A stretch of 64,000 nt of DNA from a bacterium (GCA_036833455.1 DAITPU010000002.1:16812-80811); one strand, 5' to 3'; positions 39,150-50,131 are shown, counted from the stretch's first letter. The notes: generated from the sequence alone by a model not told the origin. Program-made: numbers and translations.

Positions 39150-39753
39150 TTTCCAACTCCATAATTAATGTTTGATTAAAAAAACTTTTATTTTTAAATG
39201 GAAAATAATTTGTCCACCTAAATTCAGGAAAATCAGAGCAATATTTTATTTTCTTTATTTTTACATTAGAGGGTAAAACCTTCTTAAAAGAACTTAATTT
39301 CCAATGATGCAAGTGAGAGGTTAATTCTACCGGGGGGTTTTCTAATTTTGGAAATAACCTGTAAAGAAAAAAATTAAGATTGGGTATTGATACTATGCAT
39401 TTATTTGTATGTTTAAAGGCATCTCCTAAAATTTTTTGGGGATTCTCTAAATGTTCTAAAACATCTGCAAAAATTATATAATCAAATTTTTCTTTAAATG
39501 GGAAGTTATTAGATTTAGTTACTTTCCTGTATTTGAAATTTTTATGTTTAAAATCGGATTTATTTATTAAATCGCAACCTATAACTTTTGCATTCTTTCT
39601 TTCAATTAATATTCTTGATAAATCTCCTTGCCAACATCCAAAATCAAGAACTTTACTATCTTTTTCTATTAAACCTGCAATTTTAAAATACTTAGGTAAG
39701 GTTTTGGAATTATTAATTAATTTTCTCCTTATTTTTTTAATTAAAATTTTCAT
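39118..39753 (-). CDS. Class I SAM-dependent methyltransferase
   Basis: VLDFGCWQGDLS motif I, ADVLEHL motif. Confidence 0.6.
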   Translation of the reverse strand: MKILIKKIRRKLINNSKTLPKYFKIAGLIEKDSKVLDFGCWQGDLSRILIERKNAKVIGCDLINKSDFKHKNFKYRKVTKSNNFPFKEKFDYIIFADVLEHLENPQKILGDAFKHTNKCIVSIPNLNFFLYRLFPKLENPPVELTSHLHHWKLSSFKKVLPSNVKIKKIKYCSDFPEFRWTNYFPFKNKSFFNQTLIMELENEDMRDSYLV

Positions 39754-40439
39754 TCCTTCCTCCTATATTCTTGTTTTCCTTTGAAAAAAGCTTTCCAAAA
39801 TTCTTTTCCGTATGAAAAAGGATACATAAAGCACAAAATTAATGCTTTAAACCATTTAGGATTTTTAATCCCCCATCTTCTGAATAAAGCTCCATTTATA
39901 CTTCCATTCTGTTTCTTTTTTTCAATAGTTTTGTTTCCTTTGTAATTTGGATGCATATGTAAAAGTCCGGTATTGACTTTAATTATTTTTCCTCTCTTCT
40001 TTAATTTTAACCAAAGATCAACATCTTCTCCTCCAGTAAAAAAAGTTTTCTCATCAAAAAATCCGACTTTTTCTAAAATAGATTTTCTAAATGCGTTGAA
40101 TTTCCCATCCGGTGCAAAAGGATAATACTTTTTTCTTACGTCTTCTTCCATAATCCATGAATAAGTTAAAACAACTTCTTTATTTTTAAAGGGTTTAATT
40201 AATTTTTTAATAGAATCTTTTTCTAAAGGAATACAGTCTTGATGAAGAGTTATTATTATATCTCCTTTTGATTTTTTTATTCCTTCATTATATGCATTTG
40301 AAAGTCCTTTTGTTCCTTGAATCTCAATTATTTCTATTCCTTCTGCATTTTGTTTCAAATAATCTTTTAATCTCGAATAAATTTCTTTTTTAGGTTTATA
40401 TAATGGGATTATTATAGATATCTCTTTTCTATTTTTCAT
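39750..40439 (-). CDS. Glycosyltransferase family 2
   Basis: ISIIIPLYK...LSNAYNEG...LHQD GT-A pattern. Confidence 0.65.
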   Translation of the reverse strand: MKNRKEISIIIPLYKPKKEIYSRLKDYLKQNAEGIEIIEIQGTKGLSNAYNEGIKKSKGDIIITLHQDCIPLEKDSIKKLIKPFKNKEVVLTYSWIMEEDVRKKYYPFAPDGKFNAFRKSILEKVGFFDEKTFFTGGEDVDLWLKLKKRGKIIKVNTGLLHMHPNYKGNKTIEKKKQNGSINGALFRRWGIKNPKWFKALILCFMYPFSYGKEFWKAFFKGKQEYRRKE

Positions 40440-41530
40440 TTCCTTGCTTCCTCATAAATTTTTTTCAATTTTTTATTTCTTTCTTTAATAGAAAACTTTC
40501 CTTCTTTAATAACTTTTATGCAATTTTTAGATATCTTTTCTCTAAGAGATTTATTTTCTATTAATTTTGAAGTAGATTTTACTAAATTATTTATTACCTC
40601 TTCTTCTCTTTTTCCTATTTTTTTAAAGTCTAGAGGTTTTCCAACTTCAAGGATGAAACCAGTTTGATTATTTTCAATTATTTCTTTTCGCGACATTGTC
40701 CATTCAGTATTGATGGTTATTATTGGTAAACCAAAAGCCATTGCTTCTAATAATGAGAAACCGAATGTATCTACTGAGCTAGGATACAAGAATAAATCTG
40801 AGCTTTCTAATAATTTGCATAATTCCTTATGAGGCATTAAACCATGAATTTTTAGTTTAGGGTATTTTTTCTTTAAATTTTCAGAAACATTTGAGATTAC
40901 TATTCCTTCAATTTCGTATTTTTTCCTTAATTTTTCTAAAACCTCTAGAGCTATTAACCCTCCTTTAATATCAAAATATCTCGCAACAAATATTATTCTT
41001 AATTTTTTGTTTTTTGGTTTTTTCAGATCTTTTATTTCAGGTACTGTAGGATATACTACCTCTATTTTTTTTTCTATTTCCGGATAAAATTGGATTAATT
41101 CTCTTTTTATTGAATTTGTCCAAGGAATTATTTTTTTACAGTTTTTTCTTAAAAGTATTTTTTTTATTTTCTCTCTTCCTTTTTTTGTTTCTCCTCCAGA
41201 AATCGCTAAAGAGGGCAACATTTCTACATCTGCAACCCAAGGTTTATCTTTATTTTTTGATAAACAATGGGCACAATGTATTAAATCATAATTTCCTTTG
41301 GGGCTTAAATGTGCATTTGGTATATTGAAATTAAACTTATTTGTGCATCTACGAATATTTCTCTTCAAAAAATTTGAAAACCAAAAAAATCTTTTATTTG
41401 TAATCACTCCTTTTTGCTTTTTAGTATTTAGGTATTCGATTCCTTTCGGATGATCTTCTAAAAGATATTTGTAGTAAGGACTATCTGGAAATTTCCAAGG
41501 ATATTGTAGATATATTTTTATTGGATCCAT
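40436..41530 (-). CDS. Glycosyltransferase family 4 (GT-B)
   Basis: FGFSLLEAMAFGLPII motif. Confidence 0.65.
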   Translation of the reverse strand: MDPIKIYLQYPWKFPDSPYYKYLLEDHPKGIEYLNTKKQKGVITNKRFFWFSNFLKRNIRRCTNKFNFNIPNAHLSPKGNYDLIHCAHCLSKNKDKPWVADVEMLPSLAISGGETKKGREKIKKILLRKNCKKIIPWTNSIKRELIQFYPEIEKKIEVVYPTVPEIKDLKKPKNKKLRIIFVARYFDIKGGLIALEVLEKLRKKYEIEGIVISNVSENLKKKYPKLKIHGLMPHKELCKLLESSDLFLYPSSVDTFGFSLLEAMAFGLPIITINTEWTMSRKEIIENNQTGFILEVGKPLDFKKIGKREEEVINNLVKSTSKLIENKSLREKISKNCIKVIKEGKFSIKERNKKLKKIYEEARK

Positions 41531-41566
41531 AATAAATCTTATAAATAGCCTTCCTTTTTATTAATT

Positions 41567-42580
41567 GTGGAAAAGAAAAATATTTTTATTACTGGTGTGG
41601 CTGGATTTTTAGGAAGCCATTTGGCAGAGGCTTTAATTAAAGAAGGCCATAACGTTTCAGGATGCGATAGTTTAATTGGAGGTTATATTGATAATATCCC
41701 TGATGGAGTAGATTTCCATCAAGTAGATTGTAAATACCTTAATACGATGAAAAAATTATTAAAAGGGGTTGATATTGTTTATCATTGTGCTTGTACTGCA
41801 TACGAAGGGTTAAGTGTCTTTTCTCCTCATTTAGTTTGTGAAAATACCGGACAAATAACCGTTACTGTTGCAACTGCTGCAGCAGAAAATAAAGTTAAGA
41901 GATTCGTTTATTGTTCTAGTATGGCAAGATATGGAGTTCAAGATAAAATTCCTTTTACTGAAGACATGATTCCAAAACCTCAAGATCCTTATGGAATTTC
42001 TAAACTTTATTCAGAGAAAATTATAAAGAATTTATCTGAGGTACATGGAATGGAATATGTAATTGCAGTTCCACATAATATTATTGGACCAAAACAAAAA
42101 TATGACGATCCTTATAGAAATGTGGCTTCAATAATGATTAACTTGATGCTTCAAGGAAGGCAACCGATCATTTACGGAGATGGTGAACAAAAAAGATGTT
42201 TCTCTTTTGTTCAAGATGACATTGATTGCTTAGTGAAATTAGGATTTCAAGAAAATGTTATAGGAGAAATCATTAATATTGGTCCAGATGAAGAATTTGT
42301 AACAATTAACGAATTAGCAAAAAAAATTGCAGAATTATTGGATTTTAATTTAAAACCTATCTATAAAAAAGGTAGACCGCAAGAAGTTAAATTGGCTACT
42401 TGTTCAGCGAATAAAGCAAGAAAGCTTTTAGGTTATGAAACGAAAACTTCCTTAGAAGAAGGATTAAAAGAAATGATTGAATATATTAAAAAGAGAGGGA
42501 CAAAACAATTTAGGTACCATTTAGCTTTGGAAATAATTAATGAAAAGACTCCTGAAACATGGAAAGATAAATTATTTTAA
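41567..42580 (+). CDS. NAD-dependent nucleotide-sugar epimerase/dehydratase (SDR family)
   Basis: ITGVAGFLGSHL Rossmann motif, YxxxK (YGISKLY). Confidence 0.75.
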   Translation: MEKKNIFITGVAGFLGSHLAEALIKEGHNVSGCDSLIGGYIDNIPDGVDFHQVDCKYLNTMKKLLKGVDIVYHCACTAYEGLSVFSPHLVCENTGQITVTVATAAAENKVKRFVYCSSMARYGVQDKIPFTEDMIPKPQDPYGISKLYSEKIIKNLSEVHGMEYVIAVPHNIIGPKQKYDDPYRNVASIMINLMLQGRQPIIYGDGEQKRCFSFVQDDIDCLVKLGFQENVIGEIINIGPDEEFVTINELAKKIAELLDFNLKPIYKKGRPQEVKLATCSANKARKLLGYETKTSLEEGLKEMIEYIKKRGTKQFRYHLALEIINEKTPETWKDKLF

Positions 42581-43431
42581 TTTTTATAAGGGAACTCTAT
42601 TTTAACTTTTTTTCTATTTAGATACCCTTCTTTATATGCATTGAATAAATCTTTAAAATAAATCTTTTTTCTTGCTCTGAATGAATCCGTTAAAAATCTG
42701 AGAATAAAACCTAAAAGAAGGTATTTAGAAAAAAATCTTGCACGATTTTTATAAAAAACCAAATTAAAATTTATTCTTTTTTCTTTCTTTGAATCTTCAC
42801 CTCCCTTGTGAAAGAAAATAGATTTCGGAGAATGTATTATTTTAAAACCTTTTTTTATCATTCTTTTCTCCCAATCTGATTCTTCATAATAAATAGGGGA
42901 ATACATTTCGTCCAATAAACCAACTTTCTTTATTGCTTCTTTTTTTACTAAAAAACCTGCTCCTGAAACCCAACCAACTTCTTTTTCTTTGTTTCCCCAA
43001 TAATACTTCACTCCAAATGCATTTATCCAACCTGCGGAAATTGCTGGTTTTTTTTCAAAAGTAAATTGTTTTGAGCCAACTATTCCAACATATCCATATT
43101 TCTCAGAAGTTTTTACTGCTTCATTTAACCAATTTTTTTCTACAAGAGTATCATTGTTTAATAAATAAAAATAATCTGAATTGAAATTTTTTATTGCATA
43201 TTTTATTCCAGAATTATTTGCTTTAGAAAAACCTTCATTATTTTTATTTTCTATTATATCTACCCAATTATACTTTGATTTAATCATTTCTTGCGTCCCA
43301 TCATTAGAACCATTATCAACAAGAATAACATTATAATTTTTATAAGAAGTATTTTTTTTAATTGAATTCAAACAATTTTTTGTATATCTTTTTCCATTTA
43401 AATTTATGATGATTATTGAAACATGCTTCAT
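42577..43431 (-). CDS. Glycosyltransferase family 2
   Basis: VSIIIINLNG...VDNGSNDGT GT-A pattern. Confidence 0.7.
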   Translation of the reverse strand: MKHVSIIIINLNGKRYTKNCLNSIKKNTSYKNYNVILVDNGSNDGTQEMIKSKYNWVDIIENKNNEGFSKANNSGIKYAIKNFNSDYFYLLNNDTLVEKNWLNEAVKTSEKYGYVGIVGSKQFTFEKKPAISAGWINAFGVKYYWGNKEKEVGWVSGAGFLVKKEAIKKVGLLDEMYSPIYYEESDWEKRMIKKGFKIIHSPKSIFFHKGGEDSKKEKRINFNLVFYKNRARFFSKYLLLGFILRFLTDSFRARKKIYFKDLFNAYKEGYLNRKKVKIEFPYKN

Positions 43432-43432
43432 T

Positions 43433-44566
43433 TCATCTCCTTAAAATCTCCGCTATTTTTTTACTAACTCCTACTTCTCCATATGGATTTTTGAAATTTT
43501 TTATTTTAAATTTGGGATCTAAATATTCTTCTATTTTTTGTTTTGTTTTTTCAACATCTAATTTAGAAAGAAACTGAAAATTTGTTTCTAAACCCTCTTG
43601 CCTTTCAGTTGCCATTCTTAAAACCACACAAGGTTTGCCAAAAATTAAAGATTCCTCTTGCATTGAACCTCCATCGCAAACTATAAGAGAGCATTTAGAA
43701 ATTTGAAAAATAAATTCTGGATAATCTAACGGAGGTAAAATGTTTATTTTTTTATTTTCCATTAGTTTTTTATAAAGTCCAAATTCTTTTAATTTTTCCT
43801 CTGTATTTGAATGCATCGCAAAAAAAGAAGTTATCGGAATTGAATTTAAAATATCTACAATTTTTGAAAGTCTTTCTTTAGATTTTAAATTTTCATGCCT
43901 GTGGACTGTAATTAAGGCAAACTTTCCTGAATATAATTTTTTTATCTTCTTTTTCTTAGCTAATTCTAATGCATAATTGGCTGAATCAACAATTGTGTTT
44001 CCAACTACGTGCAATTCTTTGAATTTTTTTCTTCTTAAATTGTATTTTGAAAATTCAGAAGGAGCGAATAAAACTTTTGAAAAGGTTCCTGCTATTCTTC
44101 GAGAAATTTCTTCTGGAAAAGGCTCAAAAATATTAAAACTTCTTAGCCCAGCTTCTAAATGAACATTTTTGTATTTTTTGAATAAATTAAATAATCTAGA
44201 AGAAGCGAAAGAAGCAGAGGCCGTAGTCATAGTATCTCCGTGATATAAAACATATTTAAGGGATTTTAATTTTTTCAAATTTCTTCGTATTTTAAATATT
44301 AATTTTAAATTCCAAAAAATGGCTTTTCTTTCATTTGAATTAAACTTAGAAGACTTTTCTGGTTCTTTTGACAAAATTATATCCGGTTTTTTTACTCCAA
44401 ATTTTTCACATAAATCTCCTAATGAATGCTGTCCCGTATGTATAAAATAATAAGAAATTTTTCTCTTTTCAAATTCTTTCATCAAAGGAAATGTCTTTAT
44501 TAGCTCCGCCCTTGTTCCGATTATTATTGCAAACTCATAATCTTTCATTTTAAATTTGATTGGCAA
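43433..44566 (-). CDS. wecB: UDP-N-acetylglucosamine 2-epimerase (non-hydrolysing, WecB-like)
   Basis: IIGTRAELIK...HTGQH N-terminus and overall 377-aa length typical of WecB/MnaA. Confidence 0.7.
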   Translation of the reverse strand: MPIKFKMKDYEFAIIIGTRAELIKTFPLMKEFEKRKISYYFIHTGQHSLGDLCEKFGVKKPDIILSKEPEKSSKFNSNERKAIFWNLKLIFKIRRNLKKLKSLKYVLYHGDTMTTASASFASSRLFNLFKKYKNVHLEAGLRSFNIFEPFPEEISRRIAGTFSKVLFAPSEFSKYNLRRKKFKELHVVGNTIVDSANYALELAKKKKIKKLYSGKFALITVHRHENLKSKERLSKIVDILNSIPITSFFAMHSNTEEKLKEFGLYKKLMENKKINILPPLDYPEFIFQISKCSLIVCDGGSMQEESLIFGKPCVVLRMATERQEGLETNFQFLSKLDVEKTKQKIEEYLDPKFKIKNFKNPYGEVGVSKKIAEILRR

Positions 44567-44589
44567 ATTAATTATTTAAAGATATAGTT

Positions 44590-47223
44590 TTATTTTTTAA
44601 TGAATTCCAAATTGTCCAATTCTCCGAAAATTCCGTCAGTTGCTAAAAATTCTTGATTAATTAGTATTTCTTCTGTTGGAGTAAATTTATAGATATTAAT
44701 AGGCCCATTAAATCCTCCATAATTAAAATTAAAAGGATATGTGCTTTGGGAATTTACTAGTTCTAACTCAGGATATTCTTCAAGCGGATCTCCTAATAAA
44801 TAAAGTTTAACTACTAAACTATCTTTTATTTTAGGTGAAAGATAAATTAAAGCTCCATCCATATCTAAGTTAGGCCCAGAGGAAGCCCCATAAACATTAG
44901 GATAGATATATGCTCCTGCCTCGAATCCTCTTCCAAAATCAATATAATCCCCCATAGTTGAAAGGTATCTCAAAGGTACTTGATATTGTTCTCCATTTAA
45001 ATAATAAACTCCGACTGGTTGATTATAGCCTTCACTTCCTTTTGAAACAATGAATCCTGCAACTATAGCTTTATTTTTTGGAAAATATACTTTCTTTCCA
45101 TCAAATTCGTAAAAGAAATCTTCATCCACATAAATTCCTCCCTGATAATATCTAATAGTTGAATTCGCTGTTTCTTGCGTTGTTTTTGGATCAGAAACGA
45201 AACTTACTAAAGCTGAAGCTCTATCTGAAGAATCATTATCGTCCGCTATAGAAGAGTACGCAGAATATTTCCCTATATCTGTTGGATCGATTAGAAGATA
45301 TGAAACGTTATGGGTTTTCATGTAACTCTTTGCTATTTCTGGACGAGGAGTAGTTAAAACATATCGTGCAATCAAGTGGTCCCAATATCCATTAAAATGT
45401 CCTCCGTCTGTAAGGGTTGCCCTTTTACCTCCTGTTTGAACCCAATATCCGTAGTCCCACCAATGCAAAAATATTGCATCTTCAGAAGTATTTTCTCTAA
45501 CCCAAGCCATAGATTTTTGCCAATCGGAATTATAAGGGGGTGTGCTGTACTTAGCTTGCGCAAAAGAGGCTTTTCCGAAGTTCATAGAAGCGAAAATTAA
45601 ATTTATTAATAAAAATAAAATTAAAGCGACTAAAAATATTTTTAACAAATCATCTTTTGATTTTCTTAGATAAGAATATAATTCAAATAACAATAAAACT
45701 GAAATTAAAGTCACAAAAGGGACTATAACAAAAAATACTCTTATTGCAGATCTAACGGATAAAATCATAACTATTGCAATTATTCCCAAAAAAATCCATT
45801 TTAAATCTACTTTCCATTCAGATTTATTGTAAATATAAATAGAACAAACTAAAAATAAAAAAAATCCTAAAAAGAAAAAAGCTTTACTTATGAAATTTTC
45901 TCCATTAAAAATAGAGGAAGAAGAAAATCTTGAAAATAACATTCCGGAAATGAAAAGAATAAAACTTAAGGAAAATAAGTAATGTAAATTCTTTTTAGAT
46001 ATTCCTTTAGAAATTTGATATCCTATTGCAAAGCATCCTAAGAAAAAACTCCAAAAAAGAGTTTTACCAAGCTGAGCGATTAAATCTGTTAAATAAGGTT
46101 GCCTGTTTTCAGCAACTGTTAAACCAACTCTTCCAGTTCCAAAAGGAGTTATTATTGTTCGCAATAAATTAAAAACCATTTCAAAAACATGGCCCACGAA
46201 AATCTGATAAAATAAAATTCCTGCAACAATTGTTAATCCAAAGGAAATTAATCTAGGATTTTTTTTAATTCTTTCATCAAGATTAGAATATTTTTTTAAT
46301 ATTAATTCAAAACCGGCATAAAAAAGAGCAAAAAAAGTTAAAATTCCAGATATTCCCAACATATATCCTTCCAAAATTCCCTTTGGAGAATAATTAAAAA
46401 TAAAACTAGAAACTAAAGTTCCTAATATAAAAAATAGATAGAATAAAAAGTTTTGAAGATGATTTTCTTTTTTATTAAGAAACCAATTTAAAAAGAATAA
46501 AAGAGGCAAAATCATAAACAAATATTTTCCACTTCCTCCCCAAGAAGTAATAGAAAACATTGTAAAAAAACCAGCAATTAAACCGTATAAAATAGACTTA
46601 GTCAAATTTATTTTTTTTTCTTGCACTCGAGAAAATAGCCAATAAAATATTAAGAGTGCTAGAAAAAATCCGAACATTCCAAATGAATCGTGATCTGAAG
46701 AACCAACTAAATTTCTATAAAGATAAGGAGGTAAAATTGAAACTAAAAAAGAGGCAAAGAGTGCTAACCATTTATTTTTTGTTACTAAATAAAATAAAAA
46801 GAAAAAAGCTATTAGGCCCATAAGAAAAAAGATTAAAGGACTCATTACATTTGCGTACATTAAAGTTCGAGATCCATCAAGGGAATTTATTATCTTATAT
46901 AAAATAGCTACTGCATAAGGCATTGTTTCTGGAGAGAAAGCTGGATTTAAAGTAGGATAACGCATTAAATCTATTTCAGGGTACTTCCAATTATTTTCTA
47001 ATAAAACTTGAGAGTGCCTCAAAAAATAATAAGAATCTAAATCTAAAGGAGTATAATCTTCTGTAGTTGAATCTATTAAGTTTGGAAGAGTTTGCAATCT
47101 TATCCAACTAGACAAAATTAAAATTCCTAATGCTAAGATGATAAAAATTGCCCACTGAACTCGCTTATCTAAAAAAAATTTTTTTGTTTTATTTAGATAT
47201 TCTTTAGCTTGACTCTTCATCAA
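44590..47223 (-). CDS. aglB: Archaeal oligosaccharyltransferase AglB (STT3 family)
   Basis: 13-TM N-terminal domain and WWDYGYW catalytic motif; 877 aa. Confidence 0.85.
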   Translation of the reverse strand: MMKSQAKEYLNKTKKFFLDKRVQWAIFIILALGILILSSWIRLQTLPNLIDSTTEDYTPLDLDSYYFLRHSQVLLENNWKYPEIDLMRYPTLNPAFSPETMPYAVAILYKIINSLDGSRTLMYANVMSPLIFFLMGLIAFFFLFYLVTKNKWLALFASFLVSILPPYLYRNLVGSSDHDSFGMFGFFLALLIFYWLFSRVQEKKINLTKSILYGLIAGFFTMFSITSWGGSGKYLFMILPLLFFLNWFLNKKENHLQNFLFYLFFILGTLVSSFIFNYSPKGILEGYMLGISGILTFFALFYAGFELILKKYSNLDERIKKNPRLISFGLTIVAGILFYQIFVGHVFEMVFNLLRTIITPFGTGRVGLTVAENRQPYLTDLIAQLGKTLFWSFFLGCFAIGYQISKGISKKNLHYLFSLSFILFISGMLFSRFSSSSIFNGENFISKAFFFLGFFLFLVCSIYIYNKSEWKVDLKWIFLGIIAIVMILSVRSAIRVFFVIVPFVTLISVLLLFELYSYLRKSKDDLLKIFLVALILFLLINLIFASMNFGKASFAQAKYSTPPYNSDWQKSMAWVRENTSEDAIFLHWWDYGYWVQTGGKRATLTDGGHFNGYWDHLIARYVLTTPRPEIAKSYMKTHNVSYLLIDPTDIGKYSAYSSIADDNDSSDRASALVSFVSDPKTTQETANSTIRYYQGGIYVDEDFFYEFDGKKVYFPKNKAIVAGFIVSKGSEGYNQPVGVYYLNGEQYQVPLRYLSTMGDYIDFGRGFEAGAYIYPNVYGASSGPNLDMDGALIYLSPKIKDSLVVKLYLLGDPLEEYPELELVNSQSTYPFNFNYGGFNGPINIYKFTPTEEILINQEFLATDGIFGELDNLEFIKK

Positions 47224-47243
47224 AATAACAAGATAAATCGTTT

Positions 47244-47699
47244 TTAAAATCTTTCTAACTTTGAAAATAGAAAAAGATCGTAAATTATTGAAATCTTTGA
47301 AGGATATTTATAGAAAAGTAGTCTATCTATTTGATCTAAAACTAAATGGAATAAAACTCCAATAGAAACAAAATAGAAAACCTTGTGTAAAAAATGGCCC
47401 ATTATTAATAAAATAAAAACTGATTCTATTCCGTGGAAAATATAAATTCCTCTTGAAATTTTTTTTCTTCTGTTTTTTGGAAGTTTTTTTAATAGATTTA
47501 TTTTTTTCTTGAAGTAGACGAAAGAATTTTTTAAAGAAAAATCTTTTTTATGGAAGATATAATAAAGATAATGGTCAAAATCTATTAAAAAGCTTGAAAT
47601 AAATATTGCAAAAACATAAATTAGGGGTGTTTTAGGAAAAATTATATAAAAAAATAAAGAAAATAAGAATCCATAGATTATATGGGCTTTGGGAAACAT
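47244..47699 (-). CDS. Small polytopic membrane protein
   Basis: 151 aa, 4 TM. Confidence 0.4.
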   Translation of the reverse strand: MFPKAHIIYGFLFSLFFYIIFPKTPLIYVFAIFISSFLIDFDHYLYYIFHKKDFSLKNSFVYFKKKINLLKKLPKNRRKKISRGIYIFHGIESVFILLIMGHFLHKVFYFVSIGVLFHLVLDQIDRLLFYKYPSKISIIYDLFLFSKLERF

Positions 47700-47700
47700 T

Positions 47701-49227
47701 TTATTCTTTTTTTAGACCCTTTATCATGTCTGAGAATGCAGGTCTAGTTATAAAAACTCCTACAGAAATTCCTATCATTGTTGTTATTGCAAATCCTTTC
47801 AATAATCCTGCTCCTGCCCATATAAGAGGAAGTAGAGAAGCAAAAGTTGTAAAATAGGCTCCCATAATAATTACAAATCCTCTCTTTAATCTTTGCTTTA
47901 AACTTAGAATTACTTTTTGATTCGACTCATCTAAAAGGATGATTAAATCATCAACTCCTGTTCCAAGAGTTGCTAAAATTCCTGCGATTCCCGGAAGATC
48001 TATGTTCCACCTTATCATCGCTGCAACCCCCAAAATTATTATAACTTCTGAAATTGTAGTTGCTACTAAAGCCAAAGAAGATTTGAAACTTTTATATCTA
48101 AAAAACAAAGTTAATGCTACAATTAAAATTATTCCTAATGCAGTAAAAATAATCGTTTTTATAATTTCTTTTCCTAGAGTGGGGGAAATTGTATCTAATT
48201 TGACAATTTCTAATTTATAAGGTAAACTTCCCGTCATAAGAATAGTTTGAAGTTTTTTCATATTTTCTTTTGCGGAATTTAGAGCATCATCATAAGTCTG
48301 TCCTGTTCCAGATCCGGAAATAGAAATTTGGGTTGTTAATTGACCCTTTAATCCTTCACTAATTAACAAACTATCCACTAAATTTCCATCTAAGATTAGA
48401 TCTAACTTTTCAGAGAGATAATTTCCTTGAGAAGTCATATTTACTCCAAGATTAGAAGTTATATCTGCGTGTTTTTTTGCGGCTTCTGGACTAAGAGTTA
48501 TTGTAAAACTAAAAGTACAATAATAAGTCCCGTCTGAACTTTGATCACATGATTCTATCCTTGCATTTTGTGCATCTCTTCCTACTGAAGCTATATCTCT
48601 TTCTCCCCCTGTGAAGACAGTCTTATTTCCAATTCTTGCTTCAAATTCTCCTTGCTCTGAGATTAAATTTCTCAAATCCTTAGGAGTTGCACCCGCTATT
48701 TCGATTAACATAAAATTATTTCCGGATAAATCTGAAACAGAAGTTACAAAAAGATCAGTTAATCCAAAAGCATTTAGTCTGTTTGCAGTTATTGTCGCTA
48801 AATCTGAAGCTTCCTCAGAAGTTAGGGATTTATTTTCTGCTTTAATTAAAGCCCTTGAACCTCCCGCAAGATCTAATCCTAACTCTATATTTGTTTGAGG
48901 AATTTTAGAAATAGATATTGGGGGAAATTCTTTTTCAAAAACAATTATCTCTTTTTTATTTTGAGTTAAAAAAGTTATTCTCTCTTCATTTAATTTGGGA
49001 TATTCTGAAACTATTTGAGAATAATCTTCTAAATTTTTTATCGAATTTCCATTTACAGATATTAAAATATCTCCTGCCCTAAGTCCTTGTTCAAAAACGC
49101 TGCTTGATTTTTCAACATCTGTTATTAAAACTCCGGATTGAATTGCTTTTGGGGGAATTCCAAAAATAGCTACTAGTGAAAAGAAAACTAAAATTAATAA
49201 AATCCAAATTTTAAAAGTCAATTTCAT
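47701..49227 (-). CDS. secD: Protein-export membrane protein SecD
   Basis: Large periplasmic-type domain then 6-TM SecD/SecF core (ILATLGTGVDDLIIL). Confidence 0.75.
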   Translation of the reverse strand: MKLTFKIWILLILVFFSLVAIFGIPPKAIQSGVLITDVEKSSSVFEQGLRAGDILISVNGNSIKNLEDYSQIVSEYPKLNEERITFLTQNKKEIIVFEKEFPPISISKIPQTNIELGLDLAGGSRALIKAENKSLTSEEASDLATITANRLNAFGLTDLFVTSVSDLSGNNFMLIEIAGATPKDLRNLISEQGEFEARIGNKTVFTGGERDIASVGRDAQNARIESCDQSSDGTYYCTFSFTITLSPEAAKKHADITSNLGVNMTSQGNYLSEKLDLILDGNLVDSLLISEGLKGQLTTQISISGSGTGQTYDDALNSAKENMKKLQTILMTGSLPYKLEIVKLDTISPTLGKEIIKTIIFTALGIILIVALTLFFRYKSFKSSLALVATTISEVIIILGVAAMIRWNIDLPGIAGILATLGTGVDDLIILLDESNQKVILSLKQRLKRGFVIIMGAYFTTFASLLPLIWAGAGLLKGFAITTMIGISVGVFITRPAFSDMIKGLKKE

Positions 49228-50096
49228 TTTTTTCTTTCAGCGTACCATTTAATTATTGAAACGTTTGTAATCCATGTATTAATTAAATCAAAACCTAACC
49301 CAATTACTAAAATTGAAAAAATTTGTGTTAAAACATTTGAAAAAGACTTTACTAAAAATAAAGCAAATAAAAAAGCAAATAGAGAAGTTAGAGTCATAGT
49401 CATTCCAGTTTTAAAAGCACCAAAAATTCTTTGGTTTATTGTTCCTTCTTTTCTTTTAAGAACTCTGTTTGTTAACAGAATATCCGTGTCTACAGAATAA
49501 CCGATAAGCATTAAGAAAGCTACAATTCCAGCTGTAGACATTTTCATTCCAATTAGATTTACAAAAACCAAAGTCATAAGAATATTTGCAAACGCAGAAA
49601 TTATTACTGCTAAAGAAGGTATTGCCGTTCTAAAAATAATGAACACAACTACCGCCATTAAAATAAAAGCCAATAAAATTGCGAATAAAAGTTGTTTATA
49701 AAAATTTTCGCTTAAACTTGAACCAGTAAATTCAAAATCAAAATTCTCTCCTTCTGTGAGTTCGTATCCTAAAAATTCTTCTATTAAATTAAGAGAATAT
49801 TCTCCTTCAGAAGTTGTTTCAATTATGATTGCTTTTTGTTCACGTGTAGTAAAATCATAAACTTGTCTTGTGTTTAGATCTTCTAATTTTCCTAGAAGAA
49901 AACTCTCTAATTCGGCTTGATTTATTTCTCCATAAATCGTTATTGTTGTTCCTCCTGTTAAAGAAATATCTTTGTAAATAAAATCTCCATTTATTGTATT
50001 GAAATTTATTAAATAAATTAAAGAGATAATAATTAAAATTGCGGGAAATATTAGTATTTTTTTATAATATTTATCATGTAATTTTGCAATCTTCAT
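49224..50096 (-). CDS. secF: Protein-export membrane protein SecF
   Basis: SecF core (LIGYSVDTDILLTNRVLKRKEG); archaeal secF-secD order. Confidence 0.75.
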   Translation of the reverse strand: MKIAKLHDKYYKKILIFPAILIIISLIYLINFNTINGDFIYKDISLTGGTTITIYGEINQAELESFLLGKLEDLNTRQVYDFTTREQKAIIIETTSEGEYSLNLIEEFLGYELTEGENFDFEFTGSSLSENFYKQLLFAILLAFILMAVVVFIIFRTAIPSLAVIISAFANILMTLVFVNLIGMKMSTAGIVAFLMLIGYSVDTDILLTNRVLKRKEGTINQRIFGAFKTGMTMTLTSLFAFLFALFLVKSFSNVLTQIFSILVIGLGFDLINTWITNVSIIKWYAERKK

Positions 50097-50131
50097 TATT
50101 TAAGGAAAATTTAGCTATATATAAAGATTTT

